DNA of 64,000 nt from Balneolaceae bacterium (GTDB lineage: Bacteria > Bacteroidota > Rhodothermia > Balneolales > Balneolaceae), in NCBI GenBank assembly GCA_009711805.1, contig VEMX01000028.1, positions 59,307 to 123,306 of the forward strand, given 5' to 3'. Shown here in pieces: positions 29,849-41,303 of the stretch (within the stretch, counting starts at the first letter, position 1; each line of letters begins with the position of its first letter). Made by a program: the position numbers and the translations under genes. A model generated the notes under the pieces. That model was not told the DNA's origin, made no database searches, and saw only the letters and a program-made list of their open reading frames with translations.

Positions 29849-30697
29849 TTAGTCGGATGCTGAATTAGCAAGGGCCTTTTCCATCTCTTTTTCCCGTTTG
29901 CGGTTGGCATAGCCACTAATCCATATAGAAAGTTGATAGAGCAGTGTTAAAGGTACAGCTATCAGAATCTGGGAAACAGGATCGGGTGGAGTAAGCATGG
30001 CAGATAAAACCAAACAAAGTACAATGGCATGCCGGCGGTATTTTCTAAGAAAGTCGGGAGTCAGGATTCCAATTTTAGATAGCATGTAGCTGACTACAGG
30101 GATTTGAAAAACGACTCCACAAGAAATAGTCCACATGGCCATCGAAGAAAAGTAGTTGTTGATATCAAAATCATTGCGGATGACGTCAGCAATCTGAAAT
30201 TGTGTAAAAAACTGGAGTGCAAAGGGCACAAGTATCAAATAGCCAAATGCTACTCCCGTCAGGAAAAAAAAAGTAATGGCAATGGCGCTTAAAATACTTT
30301 TCTTTTTTCCGGAAGACTCCAGGGCCGGCTCTACAAAGGCCCACATTTGATAGATAAATAAAGGAGAGCCAAGTATAAAACCAACTACAAAAAGAGATCC
30401 TATGTACATGAAAAACTGTCCGGGCAGCCTACGGCTCTGCAGAACTAAATCCTGAGCCTCCACCCGGAGTAAATCATACATAAAAAAGGTTTTCTTGGCA
30501 GGCCCCAGTACTACCTCATTAATGATAAAGTCCGAGAAGAAGAACGCAATAGCTACTCCCAGCAAAATACCTCCCGTCCCTTTAATAATTCTCCACCGGA
30601 GTTCTTCAAGATGCTCCAGAAAAGACATATTATCGGTAAGATCCTTTGGCTGTTTGGCCTTGGGAGGTTCTTTCTCCATTATTTGACGTTCTTGCAA
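29849..30697 (-). CDS. tatC: Twin-arginine translocase subunit TatC
   Basis: MSFLEHLEELRWRIIK followed by six TM segments and a conserved LTPPD motif. Confidence 0.92.
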   Translation of the reverse strand: MQERQIMEKEPPKAKQPKDLTDNMSFLEHLEELRWRIIKGTGGILLGVAIAFFFSDFIINEVVLGPAKKTFFMYDLLRVEAQDLVLQSRRLPGQFFMYIGSLFVVGFILGSPLFIYQMWAFVEPALESSGKKKSILSAIAITFFFLTGVAFGYLILVPFALQFFTQFQIADVIRNDFDINNYFSSMAMWTISCGVVFQIPVVSYMLSKIGILTPDFLRKYRRHAIVLCLVLSAMLTPPDPVSQILIAVPLTLLYQLSIWISGYANRKREKEMEKALANSASD

Positions 30698-30710
30698 ATC
30701 AGAGTATGGT

Positions 30711-32009
30711 TTAAGCGGTTATAAAATCATAGAGTGGAAATTGCTCGCATAAATCACGCACTTCCTGTTCTACTTGTTGCTGAACCGCTTCATTAGCAGG
30801 GTCTTGCAATACTTTATCGATCAGAACTACAATTTGTTCAAATTCAGCTTCTTTAAGACCCCGGGTAGTCATTGCTGGAGAACCGATTCGGATTCCAGAA
30901 GTCACAAAAGGGCTCTCGGTATCAAACGGAACCATGTTTTTATTTACGGTAATGGCCGCTTTTTCGAGTGCCTCCTCCGCAATTTTTCCATTCAGTTTTT
31001 TATTGCGTAAGTCAATCAACAGCAGATGGTTGTCGGTTCCACCACTTACCAGGTCATATCCTAAATCAACAAATTTTTGGGCCATGGCCCGGGCGTTTTT
31101 TTGTACCTGATTTTGATATTCTTTAAAGGAATCTTCAAGTGCTTCGCCAAATGAAACGGCTTTAGCTGCAATCACATGCATTAAAGGCCCCCCTTGTGAA
31201 CCTGGAAATACAGCTGAATTCAATACTTCGCCCCAGTTTTTGGTACGTCCCGATTTACGGGCGGTAACCCCCAGGGTGTTCTCACCGTCATTTCCTAACA
31301 AAATCATGCCACCTCTTGGTCCTCTCAGAGTTTTGTGAGTTGTAGTTGTTACAACATGGGCATGCGGAAGTGGATTCCTGAGGTTTCCTGTTGCAATAAG
31401 TCCGGCAGTGTGAGCCATGTCCATCCAAAGATAGGCTCCTACTTCATCCGCAATATTTCGAAATGCTTCGTAGTCATAATCCCGGGTATAGGCTGATGCG
31501 CCAATGGAAATCATTCTTGGTTTAACTTCTTTTGCACGTTCCCGGATTTTATTCATATTCAAACGGCCGGTTTCCTTCTCAACTCCGTAAAACTCTGCCT
31601 TGTAAGTGAGCCCGGAAAAGTTAACCGGAGATCCGTGTGTAAGGTGTCCGCCATGAGATAAATTTAGTCCCAGCAGGGTATCTCCAGGTTTCATAAATGC
31701 CAGGTATACAGCAGCATTGGCTGAAGCCCCTGAGTGCGGCTGGACATTAACCCAGTCGGCATTAAACAATTTCTTAGCCCGGTCTCGGGCTATATCCTCA
31801 ACATCATCAACGACATCACAACCACCGTAATACCGTTTCCCTGGATATCCTTCAGCATATTTATTAGTTAGGGCTGTCCCCATAGCCTCAATAACTGCTT
31901 TAGAAGCAAAATTTTCAGAAGCGATCAATTCAAGGTTAAAATTCTGTCGGTCTGTTTCCTTTTCAATAAGGTCAAAGATGGCGGGGTCCTGAGACTGAAG
32001 GTTTTTCAT
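30711..32009 (-). CDS. glyA: Serine hydroxymethyltransferase
   Basis: [16 protein letters not shown], and the PLP lysine in [14 protein letters not shown]. Confidence 0.97.
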   Translation of the reverse strand: MKNLQSQDPAIFDLIEKETDRQNFNLELIASENFASKAVIEAMGTALTNKYAEGYPGKRYYGGCDVVDDVEDIARDRAKKLFNADWVNVQPHSGASANAAVYLAFMKPGDTLLGLNLSHGGHLTHGSPVNFSGLTYKAEFYGVEKETGRLNMNKIRERAKEVKPRMISIGASAYTRDYDYEAFRNIADEVGAYLWMDMAHTAGLIATGNLRNPLPHAHVVTTTTHKTLRGPRGGMILLGNDGENTLGVTARKSGRTKNWGEVLNSAVFPGSQGGPLMHVIAAKAVSFGEALEDSFKEYQNQVQKNARAMAQKFVDLGYDLVSGGTDNHLLLIDLRNKKLNGKIAEEALEKAAITVNKNMVPFDTESPFVTSGIRIGSPAMTTRGLKEAEFEQIVVLIDKVLQDPANEAVQQQVEQEVRDLCEQFPLYDFITA

Positions 32010-32458
32010 TTATTTGTATTTTTTTGTGTTAAAGATTCAATTTTTTTTGTCCTGCGTTCATGGCGGCCTCCTTCAAAGTCTGTATCAAGCCATGTTTGCA
32101 CTAATTCTTTAAGTTGTTGTTCTTCGAGCTCACGACCGGGTAAACAGAGAATGTTAGCATTGTTATGCAAACGAGTCATCTTAGCAGATTCAGTATTATA
32201 GACCAATCCCGCACGAATCCTGGGATATTTATTGGCAGTCATACAAACACCCTGTCCACTTCCACAAATCAAAATGCCAAGCTCATATTCATTCGAGTTC
32301 ACTTTTTCAGATACCTGTACGGCATAATCCGGGTAGTCAACAGAGTCTTCTGAATGGGTTCCGAAATCAATAGGGGTGTGCCCGTTTTCTTCGAGAAAAG
32401 CTTTAACAATTTCTTTGGCTGGGTAACCTGCGTGATCACTTGCTATGGGAATTATCAT
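32006..32458 (-). CDS. rpiB: Ribose-5-phosphate isomerase B
   Basis: RpiB/LacA signature [17 protein letters not shown]. 150 aa, overlapping the glyA start by 4 nt. Confidence 0.92.
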   Translation of the reverse strand: MIIPIASDHAGYPAKEIVKAFLEENGHTPIDFGTHSEDSVDYPDYAVQVSEKVNSNEYELGILICGSGQGVCMTANKYPRIRAGLVYNTESAKMTRLHNNANILCLPGRELEEQQLKELVQTWLDTDFEGGRHERRTKKIESLTQKNTNK

Positions 32459-32622
32459 TGAGAGTTTGTTTGAGGATAAGATTTTAAGAAAAGAATATCC
32501 TCAATTTTTAACTGAGATTAAAGAAAACAATAGCTAATAAAGTTAAAATATATGAGACCATTTTTGAAAAGATGAAATGGTTATCTTGAAACGAATTTTC
32601 ACAGTAAAGCCAAAGCTACACA

Positions 32623-33435
32623 TTGGATTACAAGCACGAAAGTATCATTGCGCAAGAAGCAGCTTCACAAGCGGCTGCAATTATCAAAGAATATGCCTCC
32701 AAAAAATCATTTGAGATCGAATTAAAAGGTAAAAATGATTTGATTACGGATGCCGATCTTGCATCAGAAAAAAAAATTATAGAAACGATTAAGGAATCTT
32801 TCCCGGATGATGAGATCCTGGCAGAAGAAAGCAATGTATTACAGGCTTTACCTGCCGGGCGGGTATGGATTATAGATCCTATTGACGGAACTACTAATTT
32901 TGCACATGGCTTTCCGGTGTATTGTATATCTATTGCTTTGTGGGAAGATAATGAACCCAGGGTGGGGTTGGTTATGGAAGTGGTATCGGGCGAGGTGTTT
33001 ACTGCTGTGAAAGGAAAGGGGGCATTTTTGAATGGAGATTCTATTTCTGTTTCCCATATTGAGGATTCCAAACAAGCACTTATTGGAACAGGCTTCCCAT
33101 ATAGCAACCTTGAACTGGTGGATAGCTACCTGCGGCTCTTCCGAAGTTTAATGGACAATACCCACGGCCTGCGAAGGCCCGGTTCTGCTGCATGGGATTT
33201 ATGCAATGTGGCATGCGGACGGTTCGAAGGATTCTATGAATATGGGTTAAGTCCCTGGGATGTGGCGGCCGGCTCGCTAATTATACAGGAAGCAGGCGGG
33301 GTAGTTACCGATTGGGAAGGAGCTGATAATTGGTTGTTTGGGAAACGAATTATTGCGGGAAATTTTTCTATCCGGAAGTTCTTACAGTCCCAGATCCATA
33401 CTTTCTTTAAGCAGGATGATTTATCCAGGCAGTGA
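32623..33435 (+). CDS. Inositol monophosphatase family protein (SuhB-like)
   Basis: Motifs LAEES.., WIIDPIDGTTNF and GSAAWDLCNVACGRF. Confidence 0.88.
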   Translation: MDYKHESIIAQEAASQAAAIIKEYASKKSFEIELKGKNDLITDADLASEKKIIETIKESFPDDEILAEESNVLQALPAGRVWIIDPIDGTTNFAHGFPVYCISIALWEDNEPRVGLVMEVVSGEVFTAVKGKGAFLNGDSISVSHIEDSKQALIGTGFPYSNLELVDSYLRLFRSLMDNTHGLRRPGSAAWDLCNVACGRFEGFYEYGLSPWDVAAGSLIIQEAGGVVTDWEGADNWLFGKRIIAGNFSIRKFLQSQIHTFFKQDDLSRQ

Positions 33436-33437
33436 GC

Positions 33438-33968
33438 TTAGGATAAGTCCTGAAAGGTATTCTTATATACCTCCAAATCTTGTTCAGAAAACAAAACAAA
33501 CCGTATGAGCTGCAGAGAAGAGAGCTCAGGAATTATTCTTTTAACAGTATCCCGGCATATCTTGGTTGCTTCTTCGATGGGATAGCCGAATGCACCGGTG
33601 GAAATGGCCGGGAAAGCAATAGAGATTATTTGACGTTGCTCGGCTATATTCAGTGCGTTGGTATAACAATCCGCAAGAATTTGATCTTCAGGGATATCTT
33701 TTCCATAAACCGGTCCCAGGCAGTGGATTACATATCTGTTGGGGAGGTTGTGAGCACTGGATATGACGGCTTCTCCAGGTTGAATAGGAGCTTGGGCGGC
33801 GCACTCTTTTGCCAAGCCGGGGCCTGCAGCCTGATGAATGGCTCCTGCAACTCCACCACCGGTTTGTAACCAGGCATTTGCTGCATTTACGATAGCTTCA
33901 ATCTCATCTTGCCGGACTATATTTCCCTGCAGACATTCGAGAGTGATATCATCAATATGTAATTGCAT
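33438..33968 (-). CDS. Macro-domain protein (O-acetyl-ADP-ribose deacetylase-like)
   Basis: AIVNAANAWLQTGGGVAGAIHQAAG and AFPAISTGAFGYP. Confidence 0.88.
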   Translation of the reverse strand: MQLHIDDITLECLQGNIVRQDEIEAIVNAANAWLQTGGGVAGAIHQAAGPGLAKECAAQAPIQPGEAVISSAHNLPNRYVIHCLGPVYGKDIPEDQILADCYTNALNIAEQRQIISIAFPAISTGAFGYPIEEATKICRDTVKRIIPELSSLQLIRFVLFSEQDLEVYKNTFQDLS

Positions 33969-33970
33969 GG

Positions 33971-34708
33971 TTATCGTTTGGGGTTACTTTCAAAAAATAA
34001 ATTCATGCTGTTCAGTGGAACGGGTTTGTCATAGTATTTAAAGGGTTCACCAAACTCAAATCCACCGAGGTGACCAAAGTATCTGCACCGAGCTTCCATC
34101 TGCTTAAAATAATTAGTTGATGAAATATAGGTTGCAGGTTCATCTCCCGGATTTTCTACATTAAATTGGGAAGAGTATGCTAATATAGACTGTTTCTTTT
34201 TATCCATAAAACCACTGACATCAAAAATGAAATCCGGTTCCATGGGACGATCTTGCATGTAGTGTAGGATGTGTTTGGGACGCCAGGGGGTATGTTGCGG
34301 GCTATCTCCGGGCTCAATTTTTTTAAGACCTGCATAGAAAAGAGCATCCAGCACAAGATCTGTTCCATATCCATGATCCGGATGCCGGTCTCGGGGCGCA
34401 CCAACCAAGCAGATATGAGGTTGAGTTTTTCGAACCTCCCGAATAATTTTAAGCTGGTTTTCCCGATTGTTTTTAATAAGAGTATCGGGTATTTGAAGAT
34501 TGTTTCTGTAAGATACCCCAAGAATTTTTGTAGCCTTTTCAGCTTCTTTCATTCTGAGCGTTGGTGTACCTCGGGATCCCATTTCTCCTTGAGTGAGATC
34601 TACAATTCCTGCTTTTTTACCGTTTGCACAAAGAGCCGCTATTGTACCTCCGATACTTAATTCGGCATCATCAGGATGAGAGGCAAAAACGAGAATATCT
34701 AATTTCAT
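33971..34708 (-). CDS. PIG-L/LmbE-family deacetylase (BshB1-like)
   Basis: ILVFASHPDDAELSIGGTIA, a later DRHPDH zinc-binding motif, and about 245 aa. Confidence 0.8.
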   Translation of the reverse strand: MKLDILVFASHPDDAELSIGGTIAALCANGKKAGIVDLTQGEMGSRGTPTLRMKEAEKATKILGVSYRNNLQIPDTLIKNNRENQLKIIREVRKTQPHICLVGAPRDRHPDHGYGTDLVLDALFYAGLKKIEPGDSPQHTPWRPKHILHYMQDRPMEPDFIFDVSGFMDKKKQSILAYSSQFNVENPGDEPATYISSTNYFKQMEARCRYFGHLGGFEFGEPFKYYDKPVPLNSMNLFFESNPKR

Positions 34709-34852
34709 AAAGGATTATTTTTCACATAAAGTAAGCAAAAAAAATTATGAATCTGGAAATCTGAATTGAGTTACACCTTTTTTCAAAAAAAATGTAACGA
34801 TTCAATATAACATGCGTAGGTGATTTGTCTACTTCAACTTTTAGAATAAGCG

Positions 34853-36079
34853 ATGAGAAGAATATTAAACAGTTTATTGGAAGGCCTGAAAATAGCATTT
34901 AAGGCTCTTAGTATTAATAAAATCAGGTCGGTACTTACTGCTCTTTGCATTATCATCGGGATTACCATGGTTACTATAGCAGATGCAGTAACTACCGGAA
35001 TGGATATCACTTTTGATAACAGCATGGCCATGATGGGGCAAAATGTGGTATATGTTGAAAAATGGCCTTGGGATGGTGGAGACGATTGGTGGAAATACCG
35101 CAGCCGTAAAGAAATGGATCTTGAATATGTTGAAGAGCTGAGAGACGCCAGTTTATATGCTTCAAATGTATCAGCATCAGCTAACCGCAGATCTACGGTA
35201 AGATACAAGGATAAAAATGCCGAAGCAGTAGGAATAAGTGGAACCACTTCTAATTACCTTGATACACAGGGGCTGGATATAGAAGAAGGGCGTATGTTTA
35301 CCGAAGAAGAAGCTCGTAGAGGGGCTAATGTTGCTGTAATAGGGGTAACATTAAAAGAGGCTCTTTTCGAAAATGAGATAGCTTTGGGTAAAGTTATCCG
35401 GATTTCCGGGAAAAAGTACACCGTTATAGGAGTGCTTGAAAAACAGGGGAGTTTTTTGGGACTGGGAGATTCTGATAATAGAATTTTAACCCCTATCAAA
35501 GCCTTTGGCCAAATATTTGGGTTACGGTCCGGAATACAGATAGGGGTGAAGTTTCCAACAAAGGAAGCCTTGGCGGAGGGGGAATATGAAGTAGAAGGAA
35601 TCATGCGAAGAATCCGACAGTTGGAGGCGACCGAAGAGAATGATTTTGCCGTAAATAAACCGGAGACTTTTAAAAAGCAACTCGAAGGTATTAAATCTGC
35701 AATATACAGTGTGGGTTTCCTATTAAGTGCTCTTTCTCTACTTATTGGAGGCATTGGGGTAATGAATATCATGTTTGTGTCAGTCAGGGAACGGACCAAG
35801 GAAATAGGCATCCGTAAAGCCGTAGGAGCCAAATCGTGGGAAATATTATTACAGTTTTTATTTGAAGCTGTGGCAATCTGTATAGTAGGCGGGGTCTTTG
35901 GAGTAGCCCTGGCAGGTCTTATTACGATTGGGATAAACCAGGTGTTTGTCGCAGTCATGAACTTTGGGGTTGTATTTTTAGGCTTTGCCATATGTACTAT
36001 GGTAGGGCTCATATTTGGCTTTATACCGGCGTACAGAGCAGCAAAGTCAGATCCAATTGAATCATTAAGGTTTGAATAA
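34853..36079 (+). CDS. MacB-type ABC transporter permease (FtsX domain)
   Basis: N-terminal TM, a roughly 230-aa periplasmic domain and a C-terminal FtsX bundle with RTKEIGIRKAVGA. Confidence 0.88.
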   Translation: MRRILNSLLEGLKIAFKALSINKIRSVLTALCIIIGITMVTIADAVTTGMDITFDNSMAMMGQNVVYVEKWPWDGGDDWWKYRSRKEMDLEYVEELRDASLYASNVSASANRRSTVRYKDKNAEAVGISGTTSNYLDTQGLDIEEGRMFTEEEARRGANVAVIGVTLKEALFENEIALGKVIRISGKKYTVIGVLEKQGSFLGLGDSDNRILTPIKAFGQIFGLRSGIQIGVKFPTKEALAEGEYEVEGIMRRIRQLEATEENDFAVNKPETFKKQLEGIKSAIYSVGFLLSALSLLIGGIGVMNIMFVSVRERTKEIGIRKAVGAKSWEILLQFLFEAVAICIVGGVFGVALAGLITIGINQVFVAVMNFGVVFLGFAICTMVGLIFGFIPAYRAAKSDPIESLRFE

Positions 36080-36082
36080 AAA

Positions 36083-37309
36083 ATGAATATCACAGAAACC
36101 ATAGTACAGGCACTAAGCTCACTCAAAGCGAATAAACTTCGCTCATTTCTAACCTTATTAGCTCTTGTAATAGGGGTATTCTCCGTAATTGTATCAACTA
36201 CAGCTGTAGCTGTATTGGATAGTTACTTTAAAGATACGATGAGTATTATGGGGAGTGATGTAATTACCATCACTAAAACCCCTGCGGTACAAATGGGTCG
36301 GCTTGACAAAAATATTCGCAATCGTAAAAATGTTAGCTTTGATGCCGCTCTCGAGCTTGAAGACAGAATGCAGCTTGCAAAAGGCATGAGTCCGCTTGAG
36401 ACTTTTGATATCACTAAAATTGTTTATGGAGAGCATGAAACCGATCCAAGTGTGCGGGTGGTGGGAAGTAACCAGAATTATTTGATTAATAATGCCTTTG
36501 AATTAGGAGATGGACGTAATTTTTCTGAAGACGATATACAATATGGACGGAATGTGGTTATTCTGGGAAAAGATGTTCAAAATGATCTATTTCAAAATGA
36601 ATATCCCTTAGGGAAATCCATTCGTATTGCAGGCCGTCCGTACACTATTATTGGGCTGCTGGATGCTAAAGGCCAGATTTTTGGACAATCTTTCGATGAA
36701 CTTGTAATTATCCCATATACAACAGCTTTGAGTGTGTATGGCGGCTTTAACAGGAATATTGCTGTACAGGTAAGAGCTCCGGAGATATCATTAGTTGAAC
36801 AAGCCGTTGAGGAAATTACCGGAATTATGCGTGTAATCCGCAAGGTAATTCCCGGAGAAGAAAATGATTTTGAAATATCTACTAACGAATCATTATCGGG
36901 GACCTTTGATACATTTACAGGGGCATTGTATACCGCCGGTTTTGCTATTGGCTTTATTACCCTATTGGGTGCCGGGATTGGTGTTATGAATATAATGTTG
37001 GTTTCTGTGTCGGAACGAACCAGGGAAATAGGAGTTAGAAAGGCTGTAGGAGCAACCCGCAAGGCTATTGTGAATCAGTTTTTGATGGAGGCTATTTTTA
37101 TTTGCCAAATTGGTGGAGTATTAGGAATGATTTTTGGAATAGGGGCAGGTAACGTTGTTGCCATATTAATTGATACTCCGCCTGTAATACCGATTTGGTC
37201 GGTAGCCGGTGGGTTTTTTGGGATGTTTATTGTTGGGCTTGTGTTTGGTGTTTACCCCGCATTTAAAGCTGCTAAGCTTGATCCGATTGAAAGTCTTCGG
37301 TATGAGTAA
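36083..37309 (+). CDS. MacB-type ABC transporter permease (paralogue of the preceding gene)
   Basis: Same 408-aa architecture. RTREIGVRKAVGA, and C-terminal KLDPIESLRYE. Confidence 0.88.
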   Translation: MNITETIVQALSSLKANKLRSFLTLLALVIGVFSVIVSTTAVAVLDSYFKDTMSIMGSDVITITKTPAVQMGRLDKNIRNRKNVSFDAALELEDRMQLAKGMSPLETFDITKIVYGEHETDPSVRVVGSNQNYLINNAFELGDGRNFSEDDIQYGRNVVILGKDVQNDLFQNEYPLGKSIRIAGRPYTIIGLLDAKGQIFGQSFDELVIIPYTTALSVYGGFNRNIAVQVRAPEISLVEQAVEEITGIMRVIRKVIPGEENDFEISTNESLSGTFDTFTGALYTAGFAIGFITLLGAGIGVMNIMLVSVSERTREIGVRKAVGATRKAIVNQFLMEAIFICQIGGVLGMIFGIGAGNVVAILIDTPPVIPIWSVAGGFFGMFIVGLVFGVYPAFKAAKLDPIESLRYE

Positions 37310-37379
37310 ATTTATGTGAGGAAATGATTTAAGGATCACTCTCAATTTGTTATATTGATGGAAAGAAAATTCAGGGCAT

Positions 37380-37589
37380 ATGAACGAAGAAATCATCCAA
37401 AATATAAACGAACGACTCGACAAAGCTATACACAAAGGCCGTAAAATCATTGATGATGAAGATCTTCAACAACAACTTGAAGATTTGAAAAATAGTACGG
37501 AAGAACGGGTTCGTAAAAATCCGGTAAAGTCTGTATTGATTGGTTTTGCCATTGGCTTTGTAGCCGCAAAAATTCTAAACTCCGACTAA
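37380..37589 (+). CDS. Small C-tail-anchored protein, ElaB/YqjD (DUF883)-like
   Basis: 69 aa. Charged coiled N-terminus followed by NPVKSVLIGFAIGFVAAKIL, the typical DUF883 C-terminal anchor. Confidence 0.6.
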   Translation: MNEEIIQNINERLDKAIHKGRKIIDDEDLQQQLEDLKNSTEERVRKNPVKSVLIGFAIGFVAAKILNSD

Positions 37590-37600
37590 TCAGGAGCTTT

Positions 37601-38020
37601 ATGGATCAGATTGGAGAAAGAGTAAAACATATTACAAACGACCTCAAACAATACCTCGAGAAGAGGTTTGAGTTATTTATATTATCGGCCAGCGATCGTA
37701 TTGCTTTTCTTGTTGGCCGATATATTCAAAAAATGGCTGGTTACTCCGTATTGTTCATTGGCCTTGTTTTTGCACTTCTTGCCCTGGCTCTTTACCTGGG
37801 TGATCTGCTTGAAAGCCAACCTCTGGGATATTTAATTGTTTCGGCACCAATGGTGTTGATCGGTATTGTTTTAGTATTCTCTAAACCGAGTGCAATTGCG
37901 TCCAGAATTCAACAGCAGCTAACGGCTGAAGTATTGGAAGGCCTGAAGGAAAAAGACAGGAAAGCCCGCCAATTATCGCTTACCGAAGAAAATAAAACTG
38001 AACCTCTTTCAAATGGCTGA
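37601..38020 (+). CDS. Two-TM membrane protein, YqjE / holin-X-like
   Basis: 139 aa with two hydrophobic helices (YSVLFIGLVFALLALALYL; LGYLIVSAPMVLIGIVLVF). It sits between two DUF883-like genes, as in the yqjD-yqjE-type arrangement. Confidence 0.5.
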   Translation: MDQIGERVKHITNDLKQYLEKRFELFILSASDRIAFLVGRYIQKMAGYSVLFIGLVFALLALALYLGDLLESQPLGYLIVSAPMVLIGIVLVFSKPSAIASRIQQQLTAEVLEGLKEKDRKARQLSLTEENKTEPLSNG

Positions 38021-38375
38021 TTCAAAAGTAACAGAGATAGAAAAAAAGAAAAAAGAACTGGAGACAGAACTAACCAGGATCCAGCATGATTTGGATAAGT
38101 CTTTTGATGAAGTAAAAGAGGATGTTAGTTCTTCTTTAGATCCTAAAGCCATTATACGAAAGCATCCGCTTCCAGCTTTGGGAGCATCAGTAGTATTGGG
38201 CTTTTTGTTGGGAAGTGGAAAGAGAGGAAAAGGATCAGACAAAAATCGGTCTTCCGGTGGACTGGGATCGGTGTTGGGGCATGAAGTTAAGAAAGCCTTA
38301 ATGAAAAGAGGGGTCAGTTTACTGTTCAGTTATCTTGATGACAAAGTTGAGGAGCTTAAAGAGCATTCAGAATAA
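38013..38375 (+). CDS. Small membrane-associated coiled-coil protein (DUF883-like)
   Basis: 120 aa. Charged coiled-coil N-terminus followed by KHPLPALGASVVLGFLLGSG. Overlaps the preceding gene by 8 nt. Confidence 0.5.
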   Translation: MADSKVTEIEKKKKELETELTRIQHDLDKSFDEVKEDVSSSLDPKAIIRKHPLPALGASVVLGFLLGSGKRGKGSDKNRSSGGLGSVLGHEVKKALMKRGVSLLFSYLDDKVEELKEHSE

Positions 38376-38503
38376 AACCTTTTTACACTTCCCTGTGCGA
38401 TAGGCTGTAAAAGCTTATAAAAATCAAAAATAGCTCAACTATTTTGTAACTATTTTCGTCCAACCTCGTGAAAGCGTACCGAAAACATAAAAGAACCACA
38501 CAC

Positions 38504-39859
38504 ATGAAAAAACTATTTTCACTATTCCTCTTCATCCTTTTCATTTATGGGGGTACATCATTTGCTCAGGAGTCACGCACTATTACTCTCCAGGAAGCAA
38601 TCGAGATTGCTCTTGAAAATAACTACCAGCTAAAACAGGCAAAGAATAATCTTGATTTAGCCGATAAACAAATTACAAGTGAATATGCTGATTTTCTTCC
38701 CAACATAAGTTCCAGTTTAAGTTATGGAAAAACAGCGGGGCAGCAGTTTATTCAAGACCAGGTAAGTTTTTCGGATGTTACATCAGCATCCGCATCTGGC
38801 AGAATATCGGCTTCTATTTCGTTATTTGATGGATTTAATAATATCAATACTCTTCGACAAAGTGAGTACAGTAAATTATCCAATGAAGAACAATTAGAGC
38901 GAGCAAAAGAAAATGTAATTTTCAATACAGCCTCAGCTTATCTCTCGGTTTTAGTAAATACTGAGCTATTGGAAATAGCAGAAGACAACCTGGAAACCTC
39001 AAAGAAACAACTTGAGCAAACTAAGGCCCAGGTAGAAGTAGGTTCAAGGCCTTCTGTTGATTTATATACCCAGGAATCTGCAGTAGCGACTAATGAGTTG
39101 AATGTAATACAACGAGAGAACCAATTAAGATTAAGCAAGGTTCAATTAATTCGGCAACTTCAGATTGATCCACTCATAGAATATGAATTTGAAATCCCGG
39201 AAATAGCAGGAGATTATGAACTATCAGGTGTTGATAGCTACCATTTAAGTGAGCTTATTGATGATGCTTTGTTAAACCGTTCTGACCTCAAAAGTGAAGT
39301 AGCGAATATCCGGTCTCAGGAATTTCAACTCAAAATAGCGAAGGGTAGTTTATATCCTTCTATATCAGCAAATGCTACTCTTTCTACGCGATGGAGTGAT
39401 CGGTATTTTTTACCTGACGCTACCTTCTCAGATCAGTTTTTTGATCAACAGGTTAATAAAGGCTTTGGTTTTTCTTTTAACTTGCCCATTTTCCAAAACT
39501 GGAACCGGATACATAGTATACAATCGGCAAAAATTCAGCTTAAAAATTCCAAGCTTTCCTTAGAAAATTCTAAGCTGGGAATTATCCAGGAAGTAACCCA
39601 GGCATACAACGATTACATTGCTTATCAACAACAGTTAGAGTCTTCCAGAAAAGCATTAACGGCAAGTGAAAAAGCTTTTGAAACACAACAAGAGCGTTAC
39701 AAAGTAGGAGCAAGTACACTCATTGAACTAAGTCAGACTCAGTCTGAATATGTTTCTGCTCAATCTGATTACACTCAGGCTCAGTATAACTTGATTTTCC
39801 AAGAGAAATTGTTGGATTATTTCTTAGGAAAACTGAACAAAGACACCGTAAAATTTTAA
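38504..39859 (+). CDS. TolC-family outer membrane efflux protein
   Basis: ATG at 38504 gives the signal peptide MKKLFSLFLFILFIYGGTSFAQ; the tracked ORF starts at GTG 38468. Two OEP repeats (LTLQEAIEIALENNYQLKQA ...). Confidence 0.88.
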   Translation: MKKLFSLFLFILFIYGGTSFAQESRTITLQEAIEIALENNYQLKQAKNNLDLADKQITSEYADFLPNISSSLSYGKTAGQQFIQDQVSFSDVTSASASGRISASISLFDGFNNINTLRQSEYSKLSNEEQLERAKENVIFNTASAYLSVLVNTELLEIAEDNLETSKKQLEQTKAQVEVGSRPSVDLYTQESAVATNELNVIQRENQLRLSKVQLIRQLQIDPLIEYEFEIPEIAGDYELSGVDSYHLSELIDDALLNRSDLKSEVANIRSQEFQLKIAKGSLYPSISANATLSTRWSDRYFLPDATFSDQFFDQQVNKGFGFSFNLPIFQNWNRIHSIQSAKIQLKNSKLSLENSKLGIIQEVTQAYNDYIAYQQQLESSRKALTASEKAFETQQERYKVGASTLIELSQTQSEYVSAQSDYTQAQYNLIFQEKLLDYFLGKLNKDTVKF

Positions 39860-39891
39860 TCAACACAATTTTTTAATTAAGGGATAGGAAA

Positions 39892-41289
39892 ATGAGTAAA
39901 AAGAAATCATCAACAAAAAAGCTTCTTATATGGACAGGAGTTATTTTTGGGATCATTATAGTTGGAGGGCTTGGATTGAAATACGCCGGTGTTATTGGCG
40001 GAAATGATTCGGGTATAGGAGTACAAACAGCACAGGCTAAACTTAAAACTATTACGCAGCTTGTTTCTGCCTCAGGTAAAGTTCAGCCAGAAATAGAAGT
40101 GATTATTCGCCCAGATGTATCGGGTGAGATTATTAAACTTGCTGTAAAAGAAGGTGACTTCGTACGTAAGGGAGATTTACTGGTTCGCATTAAACCGGAT
40201 ATTTATCAAGCCAGAATTGATGAACTCAATGCTGCTTTATTGACACAGAAAGCACGGCTTGAACAAACCCGGGCCTCACTGATACAGGCAGAATCATCCT
40301 ACTTGAAGAATAAGGAGCTCTATGAAAAAGATATAATTTCAGAAATGGATTACATCCAGGCTAAATCGAATTGGGATTCCCAAAAAGCCAGCCTTAAAGC
40401 TTCTGAATATCAAATTCAAAGTGCAGAAGCTCAGCTTCAACAGGCAAAAGAAGAACTGGAACAAACAGTGATTCGAGCCCCCCAGGATGGAACCGTAACC
40501 GGACTTGCTGTCGAAGCCGGGGAACGTGTATTAGGTAATTCCCAGATGGCGGGTACCGAAATGATGCGTATTTCCCTCCTCGACATGATGGAAGTTTTGG
40601 TAGAGGTTAATGAAAACGATATCGTAAATGTAAGCAGTGGAGATACCGCTCGTATAGAGGTTGATGCATATCCTGAACGAAGATTTAATGGAGTGGTAAC
40701 TGAAATTGCTAACTCTGCTAGAATCCAGGGAACGGGTACGAATGAACAGGTTACAAATTACCAGGTAAAAGTTCGTATCGTAACTCCTCACAATCTCTCT
40801 AAGAGTGGAGAGCAGTTGGTACGGAATCAAGCTTCAGAAAATCCGGAGAAAACATTTACACCTGATTTTAAACCTGGAATGTCTGCAACGGTAGACGTAG
40901 AAACAAAGACTGCTACCAATGTGGTATCTATTCCTATTCAGGCTGTAACCGTTCGTGATTTTGCAAAAGACAAGGACCCAGACTCTACGAAAACAACTAC
41001 TACAGAAGCTCAAATTGTGAATGCTTCCGATCAAGTATCTGACGATAATTTGACTGTGAATAAAGAAGATATTCGAAAAGTTGTGTTCATCGTGGAAGAT
41101 GGAATTGCAAAAAGAAGTGAAGTTGAGACAGGAATTAGTGATAATACTCATATTCAAGTATTATCCGGAGTGGAAGCAGGTGATGAGATTGTAATTGGTA
41201 GTTACCGTACACTTTCAAAAGACCTGGAAAACGGTGATAAAGTAAATGTTAATAATGAAAAGGCTGTATTAGCCAATTTAGAAGATTAA
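39892..41289 (+). CDS. Periplasmic adaptor (HlyD/MacA membrane-fusion protein)
   Basis: N-terminal anchor, lipoyl-like [25 protein letters not shown], a long coiled coil and a beta-barrel domain. Confidence 0.88.
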   Translation: MSKKKSSTKKLLIWTGVIFGIIIVGGLGLKYAGVIGGNDSGIGVQTAQAKLKTITQLVSASGKVQPEIEVIIRPDVSGEIIKLAVKEGDFVRKGDLLVRIKPDIYQARIDELNAALLTQKARLEQTRASLIQAESSYLKNKELYEKDIISEMDYIQAKSNWDSQKASLKASEYQIQSAEAQLQQAKEELEQTVIRAPQDGTVTGLAVEAGERVLGNSQMAGTEMMRISLLDMMEVLVEVNENDIVNVSSGDTARIEVDAYPERRFNGVVTEIANSARIQGTGTNEQVTNYQVKVRIVTPHNLSKSGEQLVRNQASENPEKTFTPDFKPGMSATVDVETKTATNVVSIPIQAVTVRDFAKDKDPDSTKTTTTEAQIVNASDQVSDDNLTVNKEDIRKVVFIVEDGIAKRSEVETGISDNTHIQVLSGVEAGDEIVIGSYRTLSKDLENGDKVNVNNEKAVLANLED

Positions 41290-41303
41290 AAACAGGATAT
41301 TTG

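Noticed and set aside
35254-36126. A 290-aa ORF on the minus strand. Similar long antisense ORFs occur at 2411-3208, 9912-10526, 26601-27062, 32628-33107, 36592-37062 and 61324-61974.
   Set aside because: Each lies entirely antisense to a gene with clear family motifs (FtsX permease, LacI, MFS, CrtI-like, SuhB-like, TrpD). Their translations are low-complexity or Ser/Pro/Ile-rich with no recognisable domain. They are shadow ORFs.
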